Of a DNA stretch of 64,000 nt, positions 58,444 to 64,000 are shown piece by piece. The position numbers were made by a program, and so were the translations under genes. The notes beneath the pieces were generated by a model. The model did not search any database and was not told the DNA's origin. It worked only from the letters and a program-made list of their open reading frames with translations. Every line of letters begins with the position of its first letter. Positions within the stretch are counted from its first letter, which is position 1. This stretch comes from Deltaproteobacteria bacterium (GTDB lineage: Bacteria; UBA10199; JACPAL01; GCA-016699445): positions 1,897,125 through 1,961,124 of the forward strand of contig CP064976.1 of NCBI GenBank assembly GCA_016699445.1, read 5' to 3'.

Positions 58444-60915
58444 ATGTCACCAATTTCTGCAGAAATTATTTCCGTTAATATCGAAGATGAAATGAAGAAA
58501 AGTTATCTGGATTACGCGATGAGTGTTATCATCGGCCGTGCGATTCCAGATGTGCGTGATGGGCTAAAGCCTGTTCATCGTCGTATTTTGTACGCGATGC
58601 TTCGAGAGGGTCTTCTTTCCAATAAACGTTTTTCAAAATGTGCCGGCGTGGTGGGTGAAGTTTTAAAAAAATATCACCCTCATGGAGACATGGCTGTGTA
58701 TGATTCTTTGGTCCGTATGGCCCAGAGCTGGAATATGCGGTACCCGTTGATTGATGGGCAGGGAAATTTTGGATCTGTCGATGGAGATCCTCCGGCTGCT
58801 TATCGTTATACAGAATCGAAACTGACAAAAATTGCTGAAGAACTTCTTTCGGATATTGATAAAGAGACGGTTGATTTTGTTCCTAACTTTGATGAGTCCA
58901 CAGAAGAACCCACGGTCTTGCCCACGCGTGTTCCTAATCTTTTGATCAATGGATCTGATGGTATCGCTGTCGGTATGGCGACCAAAATACCACCACACAA
59001 TTTAATCGAAGTGTGTGATGCGGTTATGGCCTTGATTGCCAATCCAGATATGACCGTACAGGAGATTATGGGGATTATTCCGGGTCCTGATTTTCCAACG
59101 GGAGCTGCTATTCATGGACGCACAGGGATCAAGGAGGCTTACGAAACAGGCCGCGGTATTATTCAAATGCGAGCCATTGCAGAGATTGAGCCTGTAAAAG
59201 GAGATAGGGAGAACATCATTGTAACGGAAATTCCTTATCAGGTGAACAAGGCTCGTTTGATTGAGCGTATTGCCGAATTGGTGAGGGAAGGGAAGATTGA
59301 AGGTATTGGTGATATTCCTGATGAATCCGATAAAGATGGAATGCGTATTGTTATTGAACTCAAAAAAGGAATTGTTTCTGGGGTAGTTTTGAATCAGCTT
59401 TATAAGCATACAGCTATGCAGTCGAGTTTTGGTGTGATTATGCTGGCTATTGTCGGAAACCAGCCCAAGATTCTGAATATCAAATCTTTTCTTCAGCTCT
59501 TTATTGATCATCGCAAAGAAGTCGTTATTCGGCGTACAGTTTATGAACTGAGAAAAGCTCAGGAGAGAGCTCACATTCTGGAAGGCTTTAAGATTGCGCT
59601 GGATCACTTAGATGAAGTGATCGCTCTGATCCGTCGATCCAAAAATCCTCAAGAAGCTAAAGAAGGTTTGATTCAAAATTATCAGATGAGTGAGATTCAG
59701 GCTCAGGCGATTTTGGAAATGAGATTGCAGCGTCTGACGGCTTTAGAACGAGATAAAATTATTCAAGAGTATGAAGAAGTCATGGCTTTGATTGAGCATT
59801 TGAAGGGTATCTTAAATAGCGAAAAGAAGATTTTTGAAATCATTGTGAATGAGACGCGTGACATTCGAGATCGTTTTGGTGATGCGCGTCGCACTCAGAT
59901 TCAGGTTCAAACTCAAGATCTGACTATAGAAGATTTAATTGCCGAAGAAGACATGGTGGTGACGATTTCTCATGGTGGTTATATTAAGAGAAACCCCATT
60001 AACCTGTACCAAGCTCAAAAGCGTGGCGGTCAGGGCAAGATGGGAATGACCACCAGCGATGAAGATTTTGTAGAAAATCTTTTTATCGCATCGACACATA
60101 GTTATCTTTTGATTTTTACCAATCATGGAAAAGTTCATTGGGTAAAAGTTTACGATATTCCTCTGGCAGGACGAGCGACCAAGGGTAAGTCGGTAGCGAA
60201 TCTGATCCAAATGGCATCTACAGAAAAAATGGCAGCTGTATTGGCTGTGAAAGAATTTGAAGCCGGTAAGTTTGTGATTTTTGCGACGAAGAAGGGTGTT
60301 GTAAAGAAGACAGATTTGACCGCCTTTGATAATCGTCGAGTGGGTGGTATTATTGCTTTGGGTGTGGTTGTTGGGGACGAATTGATTGAAGTGGCTCTCA
60401 CAGATGGACAGTCGAGCGTCTTGCTTTCTACCAAAGAAGGTCAGTCTATTCGTTTTAATGAATCTGAAGTACGTTCTATGGGTCGTCTGGCTCATGGAGT
60501 TACAGGTATTCGTTTGGATGAAAATGATCACGTCGTGAGCATGGAAGTTTTGAAAGAGAGAGCTACGCTACTGACTGTGACGGAAAATGGATTTGGTAAG
60601 AGAACTGATACCGATGAATACCGTGTTCAGGGACGTGGTGGTAGTGGAATTATCACTGTGAAGACAACGGATCGCAATGGATCCGTAGTGGGTGTTCGAA
60701 AAGTGACAGATGATGATGACATTATGATTATTTCAGATGGTGGAAAGATTATTCGTCTCAAGGTGAAAAGTATTTCGGTTATAGGCCGCAATACTCAAGG
60801 TGTTCGACTGATTCAATTGGGCAATAATGAAAAAGTTGTGGCATTTGCCAAGCTTGCTGAAAAGGAAGAGGGCGATGAGACTCAAAACACACCACCTGTG
60901 GAACCAGTGGCTTAA
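58444..60915 (+). CDS. gyrA: DNA gyrase subunit A
   Basis: [33 protein letters not shown] with active-site Tyr in AAYRYTE, plus a C-terminal beta-pinwheel. The start was moved to MSPISAEI. Confidence 0.95.
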   Translation: MSPISAEIISVNIEDEMKKSYLDYAMSVIIGRAIPDVRDGLKPVHRRILYAMLREGLLSNKRFSKCAGVVGEVLKKYHPHGDMAVYDSLVRMAQSWNMRYPLIDGQGNFGSVDGDPPAAYRYTESKLTKIAEELLSDIDKETVDFVPNFDESTEEPTVLPTRVPNLLINGSDGIAVGMATKIPPHNLIEVCDAVMALIANPDMTVQEIMGIIPGPDFPTGAAIHGRTGIKEAYETGRGIIQMRAIAEIEPVKGDRENIIVTEIPYQVNKARLIERIAELVREGKIEGIGDIPDESDKDGMRIVIELKKGIVSGVVLNQLYKHTAMQSSFGVIMLAIVGNQPKILNIKSFLQLFIDHRKEVVIRRTVYELRKAQERAHILEGFKIALDHLDEVIALIRRSKNPQEAKEGLIQNYQMSEIQAQAILEMRLQRLTALERDKIIQEYEEVMALIEHLKGILNSEKKIFEIIVNETRDIRDRFGDARRTQIQVQTQDLTIEDLIAEEDMVVTISHGGYIKRNPINLYQAQKRGGQGKMGMTTSDEDFVENLFIASTHSYLLIFTNHGKVHWVKVYDIPLAGRATKGKSVANLIQMASTEKMAAVLAVKEFEAGKFVIFATKKGVVKKTDLTAFDNRRVGGIIALGVVVGDELIEVALTDGQSSVLLSTKEGQSIRFNESEVRSMGRLAHGVTGIRLDENDHVVSMEVLKERATLLTVTENGFGKRTDTDEYRVQGRGGSGIITVKTTDRNGSVVGVRKVTDDDDIMIISDGGKIIRLKVKSISVIGRNTQGVRLIQLGNNEKVVAFAKLAEKEEGDETQNTPPVEPVA

Positions 60916-61327
60916 GATTTATTATAGTTTATTTTTAGCCAGTATTTTTATTTTAGGATGTTCTAACGACATGATTATCATTCGAAAATCCAGTGGAGAA
61001 GAGCTTCAAGTCAAAGTGGAATTTGCACGTACAGACGAGGAGCGTGCTAAGGGCCTTATGTTTCGTCAGAAGCTGCCTGAAGGCCAAGGCATGCTTTTTT
61101 TATTTCCTGCCGAAAGTGCCAATAACTTTTGGATGAAGAATACCCCGGTATCTCTAGATATTATTTTTGCTCATTATGGCAAGATTGTAGATATTGCGCC
61201 AAACGCCCAACCCTATTCAGAAAAATTGATTATCCCTCATTCTCTTTTTACTGAAGTGCTCGAAGTTCCAGCCGGTTTTTCTGCAAAGCATGGTATCCAA
61301 ATCGGTGATCATATAGTGATGAATTAA
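60875..61327 (+). CDS. DUF192 domain lipoprotein
   Basis: Signal peptide plus lipobox ILGC|S. DUF192 core ...GLMFRQKLPEGQGMLFLFP...MKNTPVSLDIIFA. The start was chosen at MRLKT. Confidence 0.6.
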   Translation: MRLKTHHLWNQWLKIYYSLFLASIFILGCSNDMIIIRKSSGEELQVKVEFARTDEERAKGLMFRQKLPEGQGMLFLFPAESANNFWMKNTPVSLDIIFAHYGKIVDIAPNAQPYSEKLIIPHSLFTEVLEVPAGFSAKHGIQIGDHIVMN

Positions 61328-61334
61328 AGAAAAT

Positions 61335-61372
61335 AAAAAAGCCCAGCCTTTCGGCTGGGCTTTTGATTTTTT
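61335..61372. terminator. bidirectional rho-independent terminator between DUF192 (+) and the parvulin gene (-)
   Basis: A-run, then GCCCAGCC-TTTC-GGCTGGGC, then TTTTGATTTTTT. Confidence 0.65.
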
Positions 61373-61384
61373 AGCACTCAATTT

Positions 61385-62440
61385 TTAATGAGCTGGTTCG
61401 GCTGTAGGCGCAGGATTTGTTGGAATTGGTTGCGCTTGAGGCGCTGCTGGAGCTGCGGGAGTAGGCTCAGAGGGTGAGACTGGAGTGTTCGCTGGAGCTT
61501 GAGGGGTCGCAGGTTTTGCTTCTTTGACAAATTCTACTTTATATTTCTTTTTCAAATCTTCAATGAGGCTTGTTTTAAGATCCGATTGTAATCGAAATTG
61601 AAGTCCAGTTTCCGCTTCTTCAAAAGGAATTGTCGATTTAGCTTCTGTCACTTTGATGAGGTGGATTCCGTCTTTTGTTTTAATAGGATCTGATACTTTG
61701 CCAGTTTCGAGTGAAAAAGCTTTTTCAGCCAAAGCAAGCCATCCCCATCTTTCCAAGCGCTTGTCGCGAATTGTGACATAGCTTAAGTCGCCTTGGTTAT
61801 CTTTTGTTTTTTCATCTTCAGAATAGGTTTTTGCCAAAGCTCCAAAATCTTCACCTTTATTTAATTTATCTTGAATATCTTTTGCTAACTTCTCTGCTTC
61901 TGCTTCTGCATGTCCCTTACTGACTGGTTTTGGAGCTTCTTTTTTAGCATTTTTGTCTTTGGGAGATTTTATATCTTTGGAAGCTTTTGTGTCAGGCGTG
62001 TCAGAAGAAGCCAACTTGATCATGATGTGAGAAATTTTAACTCTCTCAAATTCATCTTTGTGGTTGTCATAATATTCCCGAACTTTTTTAGTGAGCTCTT
62101 TATCCATGAGAGACTGGGCCACAATAATTTTTTGATAGAGTGCAATTTTATCTTTAACATCATCAGTTTTATCCAAACCCTGTCGAACACTTTCCTGATA
62201 TAAAAGTTCTTGTTCGACATAATTATCTAAAACTTTCTCTCGTCCTGCAGGTGTTGCTAATCGTGGTTTTAAGCGAGGGTTTACACGGGCCAAAGTATCC
62301 AGGTCGGATTGAGTAATGGTTTCATTGCCAATTTTGACTAATGGCTTTCCGCTTTTGCCATTACAACCTACTACAGCTAATGCCGTCACAGCGGTAAATG
62401 TAATCAATGTATTCTTAAGTATTGTATTATTAAGCTTCAT
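61385..62440 (-). CDS. parvulin-type peptidyl-prolyl isomerase lipoprotein (SurA/PrsA-like) with a Pro/Ala-rich C-terminal tail
   Basis: Signal peptide plus lipobox VVGC|NGK. N-terminal chaperone-like helices. The PpiC domain is interrupted by a Lys-rich insert (ISHIMIKL...GIHLIKV). Confidence 0.7.
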   Translation of the reverse strand: MKLNNTILKNTLITFTAVTALAVVGCNGKSGKPLVKIGNETITQSDLDTLARVNPRLKPRLATPAGREKVLDNYVEQELLYQESVRQGLDKTDDVKDKIALYQKIIVAQSLMDKELTKKVREYYDNHKDEFERVKISHIMIKLASSDTPDTKASKDIKSPKDKNAKKEAPKPVSKGHAEAEAEKLAKDIQDKLNKGEDFGALAKTYSEDEKTKDNQGDLSYVTIRDKRLERWGWLALAEKAFSLETGKVSDPIKTKDGIHLIKVTEAKSTIPFEEAETGLQFRLQSDLKTSLIEDLKKKYKVEFVKEAKPATPQAPANTPVSPSEPTPAAPAAPQAQPIPTNPAPTAEPAH

Positions 62441-62523
62441 GGCTCCCCTTGGATTTTTTTCTGTGAAAATTACTTTTTTAAACAGGAGCCGGATTATAGG
62501 TGTGGCTCCTTTCAAGTCAACAT

Positions 62524-63483
62524 CTACTTAATTTCATATTGGTTTCCATCACTTTCGATCAAAATACGACCTCTTAAATCAGTGCGAAAAACTTCAGAGC
62601 CAATAGCTTCAATACGGTTTAGTGTTGTCTCTGCAGGATGGTGATAGTCATTATTGAGTCCTACGGAAATAATGACGGATTCAGGTTTGATTGTTTTTAG
62701 AAAAAAATCATTTGAGCTTGAGGCACTCCCATGATGACCAGCATGGAGAACATCAATATCTCCAATAATCTCTCCAACATGACTCTCCAAGTCCTTGGTT
62801 TCAAATCCTCCTGGAGATCCTCCACCAGGGAGATCTCCAGCTGTAAAATATTTAAAATGACCATATTGAATCAGAAGTCCGATGGAAGCCTCATTTTCTT
62901 CATTAGGATTTAAGTGAATATGGGAATCATCTGAATAGTGTCCATTGACTACAATCACCTGAGCTGTAGCTCCATCTCCTAAATCCATTACAGTGCCAGG
63001 TGCTATGGTGCGACGAACAGGGTCTGTGATCTGGGTATAGTTTTGATAAGTAAAAGTATTTTTATCGGTTTCTTCACCACGATCATAAAGTCCAAAAATG
63101 GGGTAGAGGTCATCGTAAGTGCCCAAGATTTCGTCATCTCCACTTAAAACTTCTCTAAGTCCTCCAATGTGATCAGCATCATAATGAGTCAAGACCATCC
63201 AATGAATAGTGTCGATATGGAGTGTATTTAAAAGAGGGATAATGGCACGATGTCCACTTTCAGCAGGTCCAGAATCTATTAAAAGAGTTCTTCCTAGAGG
63301 ACCAACAATCAATGTTGCATCTCCTTGTCCAACATCGATCACATATATTTTTAAATCTTGAGCGATCTGTTCACTGATTTCCGAATTATTTTCGGGTGGT
63401 GTTGGATGTTCAATCGGTAGGATTGGTGAGCATCCGAAAAAAGACATCATAATCAATATTAAAAAATAGCGCATGGCAGTCAT
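62524..63483 (-). CDS. MBL-fold metallo-hydrolase lipoprotein (ComEC C-terminal-domain-like)
   Basis: Lipobox FFGC|S. YVIDVGQGDATLI, metal motif LTHYDADHIGG and later HAGHHGS. Confidence 0.75.
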   Translation of the reverse strand: MTAMRYFLILIMMSFFGCSPILPIEHPTPPENNSEISEQIAQDLKIYVIDVGQGDATLIVGPLGRTLLIDSGPAESGHRAIIPLLNTLHIDTIHWMVLTHYDADHIGGLREVLSGDDEILGTYDDLYPIFGLYDRGEETDKNTFTYQNYTQITDPVRRTIAPGTVMDLGDGATAQVIVVNGHYSDDSHIHLNPNEENEASIGLLIQYGHFKYFTAGDLPGGGSPGGFETKDLESHVGEIIGDIDVLHAGHHGSASSSNDFFLKTIKPESVIISVGLNNDYHHPAETTLNRIEAIGSEVFRTDLRGRILIESDGNQYEIK

Positions 63484-63638
63484 TGCAAACAGCGGTGCCA
63501 AAAAAAAGTGACTTATTTGAAATAAATCGTCTTCTTTTTGGACTCTCGAGTTTGAAAATAAAACTTTTATACGAGTTTTTGTATGGAAAATGCTGGCACC
63601 AGCATTGCTCTTAGTCTCGCAAGAAATTGGGAGAGATG

Positions 63639-64000
63639 TATGAAACAAAAATTCATTTTTATTTTTCTAGTGGTGTTATTTGCAAAAAATCTTTTTTCAC
63701 CCAAAGATCTTTTTTCAAAAGAACCCACGATTCAACAAGTGCAAGCAGAAGCTATCCGTTATTTGGGAATGGATACTCAAGACATGGATAGTTGGAAAAG
63801 TCGCTCGCGATGGTCAGCGGCTTTGCCCAGGCTACAAGCGAGTTTTCAAAGAGATCTTAAAGATCTGATCTCTCTCTCGAGTCGAGATTCTGTTTCTGTC
63901 AGTGGTGGTGATGTCACTGTGGGGCCCACTCAAAATAATTTTGATCAAAATTTTAATCAGGGAACTGCCATCGATATTAAAGCTGTCTGGTATTTAAATG
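63639..64000 (+). CDS. 5' end of a secreted protein gene continuing past the window
   Basis: The ATG at 63639 encodes MKQKFIFIFLVVLFAKN (signal-like). The frame is open to the window edge. No family is recognised. Confidence 0.35.

Noticed and set aside
82-60531. Numerous 60-200-aa ORFs in the track that lie antisense to, or out of frame within, confidently identified genes. Examples: 82..297, 1025..1216, 2209..2472, 3440..3718, 11679..12026, 19464..19919, 25198..25488, 34878..35327, 56404..56973, 59002..59607, 59935..60531.
   Set aside because: They are shadow ORFs inside conserved genes on the other strand or frame. They have no SD and a biased, low-complexity composition. In split genes they are the out-of-frame tails produced by indels.
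1-64000. rRNA, tRNA and CRISPR arrays.
   Set aside because: Nothing resembling T-loop or anticodon stem architecture was seen. There are no ordered short direct repeats with spacers and no rRNA-like stretches. The window is protein-coding throughout.

Overview
This 64-kb window is a chromosomal segment from a Gram-negative (diderm) bacterium; the Lol, BamA and Skp genes indicate an outer membrane. Lineage is not assigned. GC looks roughly 40-45% by eye and was not computed. Both strands are densely coding and the content is mostly housekeeping.

In map order the recognisable genes are: pabB, rlmE, a standalone DEDDy exonuclease, a phoH / 7TM-HD receptor / ybeY / lnt cluster, prfB, lysS, lolC-lolE-lolD, bamA-skp, yicC-gmk-rel/spoT, nadA, rpsT, murJ, a long minus-strand block lgt2-lipoprotein-ileS-lspA-lgt-CPBP protease-rluA, hemB, polA (no proofreading domain), class-III aminotransferase, a TatD-radical SAM fusion, gshB, hup and gyrA.

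The accessory content worth a second look is:
- four paralogous COG1373 genes (AAA+ ATPase fused to DUF4143);
- an H-NOX / histidine kinase / REC / REC-HD-GYP nitric-oxide-to-c-di-GMP signalling operon;
- a 992-aa cysteine-repeat lipoprotein behind a sigma-54-type -24/-12 motif;
- a ~590-bp GIY-YIG mini-cassette with terminal inverted repeats, inserted exactly at the lysS stop / lolC start junction and bracketed by an 18-bp direct duplication of that junction.

No rRNA, tRNA or CRISPR array was found.

One caveat applies to the whole window. At least ten conserved genes, including essential ileS and also lnt, lolC, pabB and murJ, are interrupted by single-base length differences that sit in homopolymer runs. 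This looks like systematic assembly indel error rather than real decay. Separately, three genes carry clean in-frame stop codons. Gene boundaries near homopolymers should be treated as provisional.
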